A DNA stretch of 49,721 bases, filler included, from Jimgerdemannia flammicorona (taxonomy: Eukaryota), in assembly GCA_003990765.1 (NCBI GenBank). It is 2 parts of 2 records of this genome, joined end to end, with 100 filler letters (N's around TTAATTAATTAA, not from the genome) between each part and the next. Parts side by side here need not be neighbours in the genome. Positions count along the whole stretch, not along the records: positions 1 to 24,819 come from RBNJ01000922.1; 1 more part is not named here. One strand, written 5' to 3'. Below the pieces are notes generated by a model. It had not been told where the DNA came from, ran no database searches, and saw only the letters and a list, made by a program, of their open reading frames with translations. Positions 1-13,102 of this stretch are shown here, one piece after another (position 1 is the stretch's first letter; each line of letters begins with the position of its first letter). The position numbers and the translations under genes were made by a program.

Positions 1-479
1 TGAGAAGTTCTACTAGTTGTTGCTGTTGTTGAGGTGTCAATTCTTCTCCAATGTTGGTGGAAGGCTTCACTGTCTCCTGGGTCGCAGAGGGGCCTTTCCT
101 TTCTTCTGGGACCTTTTGCCGTTTCCCAATAGGTTTAGTTCATAAACTTCCCTATGAGTTCGGTTGAGAAAAGGCACCAGATGTCCTATGATGGTTCCTT
201 TTGGCAGGATGATGGTCTCCCAACTTTGGTTGGTTGCTCGGGAGTGTACTGGGTTCATCTTGTCAGGGAATGTGTGTCCCTCTATATCTAGGTGTGGGAT
301 ATCTTCCTTAGGTTCAAAGAAAAGGTTTCTGGGATCGAGTAGTGCAAAGATTTCTAAAGTGGTTTGTTCTCCAGGCTCCAGGATGAGATTCTTGTGCAGT
401 CTGACTGATTGGCAGTATACTTGCTGGGGAACATTCCTCTTGAGGTGGTTGACTTGAAGGAGATGTACCTCTTTTCTAT

Positions 480-880
480 CTGAACTTCCAAATCCCTTGG
501 CTTGTCATGTTCCTTCAGTTAGTTCAGAGACTTTCTGTAACTGTGGGGTCTTGACCTTCATGAAGACTGCTTGGGCAATCTTCTGTCCTCTAATGATTTG
601 GTGCCATTCTGCACTGCTGTTGTGTAGGATGACCTTGATTTCGCCTGTATATCCAGGGTCAATGGTTCCTCCTTCTACAGTTATCCCTTGTCTGCAAGTC
701 CAGACCTTGAGGTCAGTTGAATATAAGCTCCTTGGGGTGGCTGTATGGCTAATCTAGTTCTGACCATGAAGGTTTTTCCAGGCTTGATGGATTCATCCTC
801 CAGGCTATAAAGATCATATCCCATATCCTCTGGGTGGGCTTTGGTCGGGGGTTTGGCCTTGGGGTGCAGCAGGGCATACT
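480..880 (-). pseudogene. dut: dUTPase domain, family A
   Basis: GYDL, SRSGLA, GTIDPGYTGEIKV, KIAQ, KGFGSS; one frameshift near 690. Confidence 0.92.
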
Positions 881-1241
881 GGGCAATATCCTTGCTGAGT
901 TCAGGCTTTTCTAAGGCTGAAGCTCCACTAGCAGAAAGCCTCCAAGCTCTAAGGTTGAGGTGTGGCCATCTGGCTCCAGTAGAGGGGTCTTGGAGGTAAT
1001 TGATTCCCCTCCTTCCTGTAGGGTCAAGGGCTTCCATGAAGTTGGTGGTATCTTCTGCCCATCCTTAGTAGGTTACATGTCTGATGAGAGCTAGGATGTC
1101 TTCTCCCAAATCATAAATCTTGAGGATTCTTTTTCCAGGCTTCTTGGTCTGGCTTTTTCGAATCTGACCTTTTCGGATCTGGCTTCAGTTATCTCCTTTC
1201 TTCAAGGTGTGCACTGCAACATCATGGCTGAAATGAATCTT

Positions 1242-2057
1242 CTAGTGTCTGCAGTCTCGGCAATCAGGATGTCTCCTATGGTTGCAATACTCCATTGCTC
1301 GGAAATGATGTTCCTGGTTATTTATCTCTTGTTGTCTTGGGAATCTGTACCCATCTTGATCATAGGTTGGCAGAAGGGTAGACAAGGAGTATATTTCTGT
1401 TCGGGTAAAGAAGCCTTGTCTCCTAAATCGACTTTGTAACCTTGTGGTGACTTCTTGGAAGGTGGTAGACTGTGCAAGAGTAGTTGGGGGTTCTGGTCTC
1501 TGGGGTCTCTGTCTTTCTTGTTGGTCCAATAGATGACACTGATAGCAGTAGTCTCGGGGGGAGTGGAAGATCATTTGATGTGGACATCTTCCTAGCCAGA
1601 AAGCTTTCTCTTGGTGTGTTTCTTTCTTGGAGATAATGGTGATGGTACTGGGTCCTTCCTCTGTATTCCAGGGGTCATTGCCTTCAGGTGGTGTCCAGCA
1701 AGGGTCATCCCAGGGGATGAGTTCAGGGACTTCTTCTTCATCAGGTGCTTCTTGTTCAGGAACTTCTTGGTCAGAAGTTTCTTCTTCCTCAGATGATTCT
1801 TGACCCCAAATTGCTTGTACATCTGCAGCTTCAGTTGCAGGTGTTTCTGGAACATGTCTGCATTTCTTCTTCTTTCTTCTGCATTCTAGGCAGGCTGTGC
1901 CAGGCGACTTCCTTGTTCCCATGATCTTGGATGAGTGCTTGGGACACTTGTGTCTCTTGAGGCATGTGGGGCATCCTTTGGCTTCTCCTGCAATGGCTCC
2001 AATAGTGATGGGGATGGTGTTCTTAGCCCACACATTGTCTTCTGTTCTGTCATCCAC
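1242..2057 (-). pseudogene. Cys/His-rich and acidic insert between protease and dUTPase
   Basis: CPTCLKRHKCPKH, ACLECRRKKKKC, GRCPHQMIFHSPRDYCYQC, CNHRRHPDCRDC within the polyprotein region. Confidence 0.65.
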
Positions 2058-2066
2058 CAGGTTAAT

Positions 2067-2651
2067 TCAGGGATTCAGTCTGGGATCATTTCTATCTTCG
2101 GATTCTTCTTCTTCTTCAGTGGTAGATTCTTCACTGCTGGCATACTCTTCCTGAATAGTGACCTTCTTTCTCTTCTTTGATTGCTCATAGCTAGTCACCT
2201 TAACTCTGTACTTCTTGTCTCGGTAGTCAAACTTGAGTACTTGTTGGCCAATGTCAACAACTGCATTCATCTCCTTCATCCAATTGGTGCCAAGAATCAT
2301 GTCATAGGTGACAGCTTCGGTGACAACAGCTTTGAGAATGGAGAACTGAATGTGTCCAAGGGAGATAGTGATATTTCATACTTCTCCAAGGGGTTGAGTT
2401 CGGGCTCCATCTGCTACTATGATGCTGAGGTTGGATGGTCCATCAATGGGCCATTGGAGGGTGTCCAAGAATCGTTTGGCAATGACACAGACAGCTGCTC
2501 CTGTATCTATGAGGATTTTCGCTTTTTGTCCTCCAATATCTCCATATAAGTAGGTGCTGATATGTCTTTCAGCTGCTTGAACTGGGATGGAAGCTGGTTC
2601 TTGTTGTGGGATTGGAACTCGGCCAGTGCTAGACCTGGTGGTTCTCAGCAA
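2067..2651 (-). pseudogene. Retropepsin-type aspartic protease, family A
   Basis: KILIDTGAAVCVI, IIVADG, MILGTNW motifs; in-frame stop at 2376. Confidence 0.9.
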
Positions 2652-3159
2652 TTTGTTTCAGACTCCAGCTGGTATCAATTGCAAGAACTGCAGAAGAGGA
2701 ACTTCCATCTTGGCTTCTTGGATCTTCTGCCAGGCTTCATTGTAAATATCTCTAGGCATGGTCTTTGGGGTATACTTTTTCTTAGGCCTTGAAGCAACAG
2801 GTTCCCATTCTTCTTGTTCCATTTCTTCATCTTCTGGTGGCAACTCATTTGTCTCAGGCACAAAAGGTGAGGGGGTTTGGGGAGGTGTTTCAACTTGTTC
2901 CTCCTCATGTTCTTCATCTTCTTCTTGAATGATTCTCCTGCTGATGTTCCTTGATGATCTTCCCACAGGTCTCTTTCTTTTTTCTGCTGGGTAGACTGTC
3001 TTTTGGGTGGTAACCTTGGTAGGATACAAGTCTAGGTCACTGTAGTCTTCACTGTTGCTTGCTTCCTCGAAATCTTCAACAGGATGGGCTTCAGTCTTCT
3101 TGTACTGAGTGTCATTCCTTCAGTTTGGTAGTTCTGAGTCCCTTTGGTCACTCCTTTTG

Positions 3160-4600
3160 TTGTCATACATATTCAGTGGCATAATGTCTGAATTGTCCAC
3201 AGTAGAAGTATTGGACTTGGGCTCTGTCTTAGGCAGGGTACCTTCTTTCTTCTTGCTGGTAATTTCTGTTATCTCTTGGTGGATAACCTTGGCTCCTCTG
3301 TGGTGGGTACCCTCTGTTGTCTTGGTAGCTCCGATTTTCGTGTGTAGTGAGTTTTTCAATCTGGCCAACCAATCGATCTAACTTAGAGCTGAGGTCTTGG
3401 ATTTCACTTCTGTCCTTCTTTTCTTCCTTGGCTGGTCTTCTTTCTTCAGATCTTTCTTGTCCTTGAAGGAGTCCTTGCAGGGCTTTGACCAGGATATCTT
3501 CTTTATCTTCCTTCTTATCATGATCACTCCAGGTAGTTCCTTGCCTGATATCAAAGAATCCTTGGGCTGCATCTACTTGCTCTTCAGACCTTCTGATGCC
3601 TAAGGTACAGACATGCTGGGCAATATTCAGGGGAATTCCATTCATGAAGGTCATTGGGCCTATAATGTCTTGGTTGGTGATATTGAACCTGGCAGAATGC
3701 ATTCTCTTCTGGATTCTTGTGAATAAGGCCCTGGGTGATTCTCCAAGTTTCATCTTCATCCCCATGATAGATTCCTGAGCCTTGTGGTGGGTTTCATTTC
3801 CTGCATACTTTTCGATGAGCCAGTGGACCATAGCCTCATATTCTAGCTTATAAGACACTGCTGCTTGTATCTGTCTTGCTAGTTCTGAATCTCGGTTGTT
3901 TGCTGTTCGATGGAAAATTCCTCTGGCTGGTTCTCTGAGCTGGGCTTTGTAGATGGCTATTTTTCTTTCATCTTAGAGGTTTCTCAAGACTGCAATTCCT
4001 TTAATTCTGTCAAGGAATTCTCTGGGGTCCTCCTCCAGGTATCCTGCAAAGGATGGTAATGAGGTGGCCATTTCATCATCACTTTCTTCTGATTCTGGTT
4101 CAGGTTTGAATTCTGATTCTGATTCACTTTCTGAACTGTCACTAGAGGCGGGGGAGCTTGGGTATCCTGAAGATGGTGTTCTGGTCCTTGGGTGAGGTGG
4201 AATAGGCCTAGGTATTCTTGTAGGAGCTACTTCTGGTTCTGCAAGAGGTTGTTGTAGGGGTTCTATTGGTGAGATTGGTGGGACTGGTGTGGGGTGTCTG
4301 GCTGTAAAGTGCTGGGTCCAGGTAATAAAATCTTCTAGTTCTTGTACAAGTTCTCCAAAATCTCTAGCAGGGCTGCCTGTATTGTCTGGTTGATCTGGTT
4401 GAGGATTTCGGGCTGTACTGCCTCCTGCTTCTGGTTGGGATCCTTCTGATACTGGGTAGTTGGCAAGTCTTAAGGTGATTACTTCTCTTTCTGTCCAAAT
4501 GCTAGTGATAACTGGTTCTCCTGTAGTGGCAGACGTTGGTGTTGTATCAAATGTATCCAGTTTGACTGTGGGTTCTTGTGAGCTGAAAAGTCACGTTGAT
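3160..4600 (-). pseudogene. gag: gag of family A (stop-interrupted)
   Basis: MATSLPSFAGYLEEDPREFL..., ORF 3229-3858, and a decayed knuckle VQYFYCGQFRHYATE near 3165-3215. Confidence 0.8.
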
Positions 4601-4609
4601 TTTGAAATC

Positions 4610-4627
4610 TTCCCAGTTGAGCCCCCA
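4610..4627 (-). promoter_or_regulatory. Primer-binding site, tRNA-Pro type
   Basis: Minus strand TGGGGGCTCAACTGGGAA lies 2 nt after the LTR end. TGGGGGCTC is the start of the tRNA-Pro PBS known from MLV. Confidence 0.8.
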
Positions 4628-4629
4628 AA

Positions 4630-6082
4630 TGTAATGTGCCAGCTCAATGGAGGCAAATTACAAGGTTGGGGGTTGATGTAGTTTGGCTTGAGCCCCCAGT
4701 TACTTTGTCAAAAAGCAACAAAATGTTCTAAGATTCTTGAGGTCCTTGGTATTTAGTGGTATAAAAGTCAAAGCTGGATATCTGCAAGCAATTTCCTTAT
4801 TGGGACAGTTCTCTGGGTGTAGTGGCAATTTGTATGTCTTTTCCTTCTTGGGTCAACTGGGAATGGCACAATTTCTGTATAGCATGATGATCTCCTTGTG
4901 CGTGACAGTCTGGCAATTTAGCGGTTCTCCTTATGCAATTTCTGCATGATGATCTCTGTGTAGCGCGACAATTTCTTGTGTAGCGTGGTGGGTTCCTTAT
5001 GCGGGACATTCTGATAATTTGGCAGGTAACTCAATTTGGCTCACTGGGAATTGTATGGCATGGATTCTTCCTGAAATGGCGGGGTTCTCGGGGAATGCGG
5101 ATAACTTGGAAATGGTGGCTTCAACTGGGAATTATCTTGGGAGGCGGATAACTCGATAACTCGGGCTCACTGGGAATGACAAACAACTCAGATGTTGTGG
5201 TTTCGGCTTCAACTGAGAATACAGCGGATAACTTGGAAATGGCGGATGATGTGGATTCTCCTGAATCAGCGGGTTTCTTGAAAACAGCGGCTTAACTGGG
5301 AATTAACTCGGATGGCATGGATTCTTCCTGAATCGGCAGGGTTCTTCTGGAAAATGGGATGGCAGCTTTGGAAAGGGTCTCTTGGCAAAGTTGCGTTAAG
5401 GACTGGCTTTGTTTGTGCGATGGATCACTGCAAAGTTGTGTCAGAAACTGGCTTGGGCAAGGCAGCTTTCTTGGGAAGGCAGAGTAAAAAGCGGAAAAGG
5501 CGGAAATCTTCAGGCTTATCTGGCAAGCGAACCAATAACAAGAATTCTCAAAGGCGGTGAAGTTCTCCTTGAACTTAGGTGGCAAATCTTCAGGCTTATC
5601 TGGCAAGCAAACTAATAGTTCCAAAGGCAGCGAAGTTCTTCCTTGAACTTGGCAGCAAAATCAGCTTTGTATCGGAAAGTGGACTGGAGTAGAAAGGGGA
5701 CTAATGCTCAATCTTTAGAGGCTTCTTTGGTATTTGTATTTCGGACTGAGGCTTTATTCACTCTCATCTCTGGGGTAATTTATACAAGTTGATTGCTATC
5801 TGGTTACTATGTGGCTAACTATAGATTTGCTATCTTTGGTAATGTTTAGGTGTGTCCTCTGGGTACAGGTATGTCCACAGGACATGAGTGTGTCTGCAGG
5901 ACATGAGTGTGTCCTCAGGATATAGGTAAACAATCCTGATCTGGTGTCTTGGCTAATTATAAGTGTGGCGGGCATAAGTAACTATGATACACTGGAAGTC
6001 ACATCATGCTGAGTAAGTATGCTAATTGTTCACATCATCTGGTTAAGTTATAATTCAGGTAGTACATTTTTGGTCTATTACA
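4630..6082 (-). repeat. 5' LTR of family A (~1.45 kb)
   Basis: Minus strand begins TGTAATAG and ends CATTACA; colinear with the LTR at 19748-21277; followed by the PBS. Confidence 0.92.
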
Positions 6083-6560
6083 ATATATATCTCTCTTATT
6101 TTATAATATAGCTAAATTTAACTTTAAAAATAAAAGTTCAAAATAAAAATCAAAAAATAAAAAATAAAAAATAAAATAGAAATCAAAAAGTTAAATTTGC
6201 TATTATTATTTTTTTATTACAATTTTATAATAAAAATTGAGTTAAAAAAAAAATAAAAAAAATTTGTAATCAAATTTAGCTACAAAATACATAATTATAG
6301 AATAATAAATATATATTACTATATTATATTTTTAATATTATTTTTTATTTTTATTATAATAATAATAATAATATTTATTATATATTATCTATGATTTTAC
6401 TTTATTATTTGAATCAATTAATGAAAAGATTATTGAGATTTATAAATATAGTTATAATCTTAATATAATATATTAAATTATTTGATACTATTGTTTGTAA
6501 TTATATAATAATAATTAAATATATATCAATTAAGATTACATTTTTAATTTATAGTTACTT
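6083..6560. repeat. AT-rich low-complexity tract
   Basis: Almost entirely A/T, with AAAATA and TAA runs. Confidence 0.8.
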
Positions 6561-8241
6561 GGAGTCTATAATTATTACCAAACCTATCTATATCAATATA
6601 ATATATAAAATCCTACGCTCTATCTAATTCTTTTAAGAGGTCTACCTATAATCTCTTTTCTCTAAAATACTATCAGATTATGAACTACTATAACTCTCTT
6701 ACTACTCTGCTTACAAATTTTCTCTACTAGATAATATTGACAAATGTTCTATGGTCTCTACCCCTTCTACTAGCTGGATATAATATCTACTATCAAGTCT
6801 TTCTACCTTGTCATCTACTCATCTAAGCTCATTTGCCTCTCTTTCTCAAACATATATAGCCAATGTTCAGCTAATTCTATCTATACTACTAAGACTCATC
6901 TAATAGTAAGCTGTTTGTTATCAACATAACTTACTAATAATATTCTCTAATCATCCTAATAGCCTTTCTCTCTGTCCTCCTTAATATTTGAAAATTATTA
7001 ACATACTAATGATTTTCTATTAAATATATATTATTATACTATAGATATCTCTTTCCCTACTCATATTTTATAAAATCAATTTTGGTACTTCATACTATAA
7101 ATCTAATTCTCATTATCTTGGACACCATAGTGTACACTCCTAATTCTAGAAGAACTAGGTAAATTTTGTGCTCTACTATATATTCTTTCTATTAATTAAT
7201 ATACTGCTATCTGCTGGAGTGATAGGAGTGTTAGAATTTAATATAATTGTAGTATTACAGATATGAGATCTATGATGGAAGACATGAGTTCCAGTATAGA
7301 CAGAAGTCTGTAGCTATTGAGAGATTCATGGCCAGTCACTAGTATGATAGTAATTTGTACTCAGACCTGATCAATATACTAGATAAAGCTGTCAGTATCA
7401 ATATACTATTTTCTCTTATTCCAGTCATTGAGAATGAAAAAGATTAAATAGCAGTTATATAAAAAGAAGAGTTGGATAGTAATATGACCTGATCAGATAG
7501 ATAGAGATATAAAAAAAAAAAATTATATAAGAAATTATAAGATAGCAGCTCAGAACATCTCTAATTATCCTATTAAATAAATCATTATTGCTAAACTTAA
7601 CAGTGCTAAGCCCAAAACATACTCTAGTGATCCTTATAAATAGATTGCAAATTTGATAACCTTTAAAATTTTTGTCAAATATACTAGAATAGAACTTATG
7701 GTAATATTTATTCTCTATATAATATATTCTCTATTGAGTCTCCCAGACTCTAATACTCACCTATATATATATATACTCCTTGGTTTAACAGATTCTAAAC
7801 ATTATCTGACTTTCAAATCTGCTAATATTTCCACCAATATGAATATTAACTCTCTTCTCTCTCTTGCTAAGTTTTTTGACAATGTGAAGAACTCCTTTTC
7901 TTTCAAAACATCTAAATTCTCATCATATCTATTATCTCTATACTTGCTATAGAATATAGTGGTTTTGTTATAGGCTATCAGTATATTGATAGAGACTGTC
8001 TTATTGGTCATTAATGACTCTATAATGACTATTTTACAGACAACCCAACTTACTCAGAGAAGTACTTTTGATACTATTTTTATATATGCTACTATCTTTT
8101 TCTCTAACTCATCAATGCTCTCTAAGAACATAATATCTATTTTATCCAAAGATAGGATACAGTGAAGGTTCTCAGTCTGTTATCATTATAGAAGATCACT
8201 ACTGCCATCTGTATGCTTGTATATAGTACATTTGCTGATAA

Positions 8242-8757
8242 TGTAGGAGGGGGTACAATGGGAGCTAGGAGAGGACTGAAAGGACTAATAAGAGGGCCAA
8301 GGTCTGAGCTATAGTTGAAGGAGAAGAAAATAGAGAGAAGGTGAGATATGAAGAAGGTAGGAGATAAGGATAGATAAAGAATAGAGTAGAAATTGCATCT
8401 GTTGTTTATTGCTATACAAAAGTATAGTCCTTATATATATATAAATATGAAGTTCTAAAAATAAATAATATATCACAATATAGAGATAACCAAATTAAGA
8501 ACCTCATATTATATAAAGATAGATAGGAGAGAATTCCAGAGTAAGTATATAAATCAGAAACAAACAAATCCAAATTGAGATTAAAAAATATCTGCAGACC
8601 CCGGAGAGATGAATATAAGTAAGAGATGAGGTTAAGTAGAGTAAGCTATAGTGAGCCCAAGGTAAAGCCAAGGGGCTGAAGGTAGTTGAGGAAAGCAGAG
8701 AAAAAACCAAGACCTCAGAGTGAGTACAAGACCCTAGAAGAGACCAAGATATTTTTT
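8242..8757. repeat. Pseudo-LTR copy 1 (direct repeat of 11909-12420)
   Basis: Colinear from TAGGAGGGG.TACAATG to GACCTCAGAGTGAGTA...TTTTT. Confidence 0.88.
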
Positions 8758-8759
8758 AA

Positions 8760-10850
8760 TCTTCTCTGATAAAGTCAGAGATAATCAAAGATAATGAAAA
8801 TATAAAATAAGATCAATAGATAAGTGAAGAAACTGAAGAAAGATACAAACAAGTAATAAGAGAGTATTGAGAAAATAAAAACAGTCTATTGTAGAAAAGA
8901 GAAGAGTGCAGAACAGTATCAGGACATTGTATAGTCCAGCAAGCTTGATCAAATAATATAACAAGAATCAGGAGAGAGAAAATAGAGGGAGTATGGAGAG
9001 AGTAAAAAGTGAGAGAGGGAAAGAAGAGGGAATAAGTAAGAGAGAGAAGGGTGGAGTAAATAACAGATCATTCAATATAGGTAAGTAGGCTACAAATAAT
9101 AAAAATAAGGTAAGCACAGTGATGGACTACAAAGGTACTAGAATCTGAAGAGCAGACACCTAGTCAGAATAATGAGAGTAGTATAAAGTAAGATAAAGAA
9201 TCTCACCATAAATATACTCATAAAGAGTATGATATAGATAATTTAAACAATAGTCAGAGAACTGTTGAGAATGGGGGAATTTGGAATTAACAATAGTTCA
9301 AAAAGAGAAAAGAGAAATAAAAAGGTCCAAAAAGAGAACACCAGTCATACTGAGTATCTAGATAATAGAATGATGGAGAGAGTAGATATTATAAAACATA
9401 CTAGATATATTGACACCAGTAATAGCAAGGACAAAAGTTATTAATATATTAGTAAAAGAAGATATCTCCAGTCCTGAAGGCAATGGCAAGAGATGAAAAG
9501 AATCATGTATTATATAAAGTTCATAGGCCAGGCCAATAAGGTTAGCAAGGGTTGAAATATAATTCATTTCCATAGTTATGTCAGAAGACTGACAAAGAGA
9601 GCCAAGGGCTGACTTAAAGTAATTGGAGTAATAGATGAGGAGTATGAGCTCAATAATCAAAGTTAACAAAATCAGAAGGTCTAAAGAAAAGATAATGAAA
9701 TCTAAGAAGCAAAGATAATTATATACTTATCAAAATAAATAGTAGTATAGAAGAAAGAAAAATCACTAGAGATTAAGTAGAAATAATGATAAATGGGCAC
9801 AATGGTAGAACAGAGAGGTGCAAGCTTCTAAGTATAATAAAGAATAGTATACTTAGACCCAAGACAGTGCTGAAGAAGTATCATCTAAAAGAGAAAGAAA
9901 CAGAACAACTATTTCAAGATCTCAGTAAAAGGTGAATAATAGATAGCTATAATAGAATGCCAAGCCAAAGTGGACTTGTGAACTGTAGGAAGAATATAAA
10001 AAACTAGAATATAAACATCTGGTAAGAATAAAGATTTCTAGAAGATATGAAAAATGAGAGATGCAAATGGAGAATTCAAAAGTGAGGAAATATGAGCCAG
10101 ATCAACCAGAAGAAGAGAGAGTATCTCATTCAATTTAAGAGCATATCACTCACAAGCAGTGGTACAGAGAAGGACAGTAAGGCTACTAAGGTAAAGTAAT
10201 TAAGAAATGAGAGCAAAACCTTAGTTCTTATCAGTGACTATAAGTAAATACAAAGGCAATACTTGTATAGTATAGCCAGAAATTAAACAAGAGCCATCAT
10301 GATCAAGAAGAGTTAGTATGCTAGCCATATTAAGGAATATATAGTTTAAAGAGATATTGGGAGGAGAGACTTACTCACTGAGAATAAAGTAGTAAGAGAG
10401 TGACTCAGCATGATCTTCAAAGAAGATAGTAAGATCAAGTATATAATAAAAACACTTGAGATGAGCTAGGTCAACAAAAGAGAATTAAGAATGAGTTATA
10501 AGAAAGATGAAATAAGGAATCAAAGAAAGTGCAAAAGTATAAAGGAGAGAAAATAAGCAGTCAGCCCAAGAGAAAGAGAGAGACAGAAGAGCTCTAAAAG
10601 AAGAATGAATCTGAAAGTTTAGAACAAGCAACTGGAAAAGATAAAGAGGGGACAATATAAGAAAATATATACTCAAGTATATCAGAAGTAATAATGGAAT
10701 CTGAGAAGAGACAGAGATACTGGAGAGAACCAGACCAGAGGGAAGTTTAAGAGTGAGAGAACTTTCCCTTTACTCAGACTTTTTTTGAGAAAGGCAAGAT
10801 AGATGACTTTGAACAGACTTTATCTGAATGTCAGATCTATAGCCATAGGT
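8760..10850 (-). pseudogene. Penelope-type reverse transcriptase relic
   Basis: TDKN ~10220-10240, LPTVHK ~9975-10000, decayed QxxGxAMG ~9565-9595, FLDL ~9320-9340; many stops. Confidence 0.72.
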
Positions 10851-10852
10851 CT

Positions 10853-11900
10853 TTATGCAGCCTTTGCACTTGGGGGCATAGAGGGAATAGGACCTGAAGG
10901 AGGCAGCAGAAGAGATAGAGGAGGAGCAGGAGTATAATAGTGTCTTGGAGGAGGAGGAGAGGGTGGTGGCAGAGGCAGAAGCAGTAGTAGGAGGAGAAAC
11001 ACCACCATACAGATAAGTAGACTTGACAGGGTACTAATAAGTCCAGTAGAGGTAGCCAGAGCAGATAGAGTAGAACCAGGACCCCACAGAGTGAATACTA
11101 AGAGTGCAATTATGGCAAGAGGCAGTCTTAGTAACAGGAGAAGAAGAGTGGGAAGAAGCTGAAGACTCCTTAATAGAAGGGATCTTGGTGGACTTGAGAT
11201 CTTTAGAAATAGTAGCAGTGATATAAGATCAAACCTCAGTATAGACAGTAGCCTGAGCTTTAGCCTGAATGGCCTCAGAGACTGAAATCTCAGAAGAAGT
11301 AGAAGAAGAAGCAGTGGCAGCAGTGTGGGCAGCAGTAGTAGTATGATTGGCCTCAGCTTTATAAAGATGAGACAGAAAGGAGTAGTCAGCAATAAGAAAA
11401 TAGTAAATAATATTGACATCTGTAGTAGTAGATAGAACTTCATTGGCTTGGAAATCATAGAAGAGAGTAGTATTAGCTAGGTGAGAGATAGCAAGGGCTA
11501 TGAAGATGATACAGTTTTGACAAAATTAATAAGAGGCCATAGTGGTGACATTATATATAGCATTAGTAGTAGCAAGCTTGGCAGCAATAGAAGCTTTCTG
11601 AACCTCCTTAGAGAAGGCTTAATAATATTCCTTAGGAAGAATAGAGAACTTAATAGCAGGTGAAACCACAGTATTAATATTATATAAAGGTGAGCCTCCT
11701 TGGTAGAAAGAACCAGAACTTAGTAGAACTGAGTAAGAAGTAGATGGCCCAACAAGTGAAGATTGAGGGAGAGAGAGAGAATAGTAGAAGATATATAGGT
11801 ATTAAAAAACATATTGGTAGAGAGGAAGCAGGTAAAGAAAGAAACAGAAAGAGTATCTTCTATAGCTATATCAGTATTGGGGGCCCTGAAGGCAGAAGTA
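10853..11900 (-). pseudogene. Putative ORF1 relic of the Penelope-like element
   Basis: Ser/Pro/Ala-rich frame with a Cys/His cluster (TASCHNCTL...ICSGY) near 11030-11125, upstream of the RT. Confidence 0.45.
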
Positions 11901-11908
11901 GTAGTAGA

Positions 11909-12420
11909 TATAGGAGGGGATACAATGAGAGCTAGCAGAGGACCAGAAGGACTAGCAAGAGGGCCAAAGTCTGAGCTATAGTTAAAGGAGAAGAAAATGG
12001 AAAGAAGGTGAGATATAAAGAAGATGAGAAATAAGAACAAATAAAGAATAGAACAGAAATTGTATCTGTTGTTTATTACTATACAAAAGTACAGTCCTTA
12101 TATATAAATACAAAGTTTCAAAAAGGAATAATGCACCATAACATAGAGATAACTAAATTAAAAATTTTATATTATATGAAGATAAGGGGGGGCCAATCTC
12201 AGAGTAAGTATAAAAATAAAAAATAAACAAATTCAAATTGAGATTAAAAATCATTTGCAGATCCTGGAGGGGTGAGCATAAGTAAGGAATGAGGTCAAGT
12301 AGAGTAAGCTACAGTGAGCCTAAGATAAAGTCAAGGGGTCAAAGATAGCAAAGGAGAGCAGAGTAAAGCCTGAGACCTCAGAGTGAGTATGAGACCCCAG
12401 AGGGGACCAGAATGTTTTTT
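11909..12420. repeat. Pseudo-LTR copy 2
   Basis: Direct repeat of 8242-8757. Confidence 0.88.
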
Positions 12421-13102
12421 AAGATTTGGATTTATTTGTTTCTGATTTTTATACTTGCTCTGAGATTGACTTTCTTTTTATCTTTATATAATATAAGATT
12501 CTTAATTTAGTTATCTTTATATTGTAGTATATTGTTCCTTTTTGAGACTTTTTAATTATATATAAAAACTGCACTTTTATATAGCAATAAACAACAGATG
12601 TAATTTCCATTCTGTTCTTTATTCATTCTTATCTTTTGTTTTCATCATATTTTACCTTCTCTCTATTTTCTTCTCTTTTGACTATGGTTCAGACTTTGGC
12701 CCTCTCACTGATTCTTTTAGTCCTCTCTTGGCTCCTATTGCACTCCCTCCTATATCTGTATCTTAATCTCAATTTGGATTTATTTATTTCTGATTTTTAT
12801 GCTTACTCTGGAATTGGCTCACACCTTATCTTTATATAATATAAGATTCTTAATTTAGTTATCTCTATATTATAGTATATTGTTACTTTTTAGAACTTTA
12901 TATTTATATATAAGGACCATATTTTTGTATAGAAATAAATAATAGATATAATTTTCACCCTATTCATTATCTATTCTTATCTCTTACCTTCTTTATATCT
13001 CATCTTTTCTCCATTTTCTTATTCTTTGACCATGGCTCAGGCTTTGGCTCTCTCACTGATCCTTTAAGTCCTTTTTTAGCTTCCATTGCACTCTCTCCTA
13101 TA
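12421..13102. repeat. Two tandem inverted partial pseudo-LTR copies (~12421-12753 and ~12760-13102)
   Basis: Each is the reverse complement of the left ~340 bp of the pseudo-LTR. Confidence 0.85.

Larger units (their letters stand above)
1..6082 (-). mobile_element. Ty3/Gypsy LTR retrotransposon, family A, 5' part (LTR-PBS-gag-protease-Cys-rich insert-dUTPase); runs off the left edge before RT
   Basis: TG...CA LTR at 4630-6082, PBS, gag with a degenerate CCHC knuckle, protease KILIDTGA, dUTPase motifs. The LTR matches 19748-21277 in the opposite orientation. Confidence 0.93.
8242..13102 (-). mobile_element. Degenerate Penelope-like retroelement with pseudo-LTRs
   Basis: Minus-strand RT motifs IVTDKN, FYILPTVHKSTLAW, QSSDITMEM..TLANL and VLFLDL; flanked by ~510-bp direct repeats plus two inverted partial copies. 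Confidence 0.75.

Noticed and set aside
8242..8757. Hammerhead ribozyme expected in Penelope pseudo-LTRs
   Set aside because: No convincing CTGANGA...GAAA core found by eye; decay may have erased it.
10853..11458. 201-aa Leu-rich ORF resembling a membrane protein
   Set aside because: Off-frame reading of a pyrimidine-rich strand; the Cys/His-bearing frame is the plausible one.
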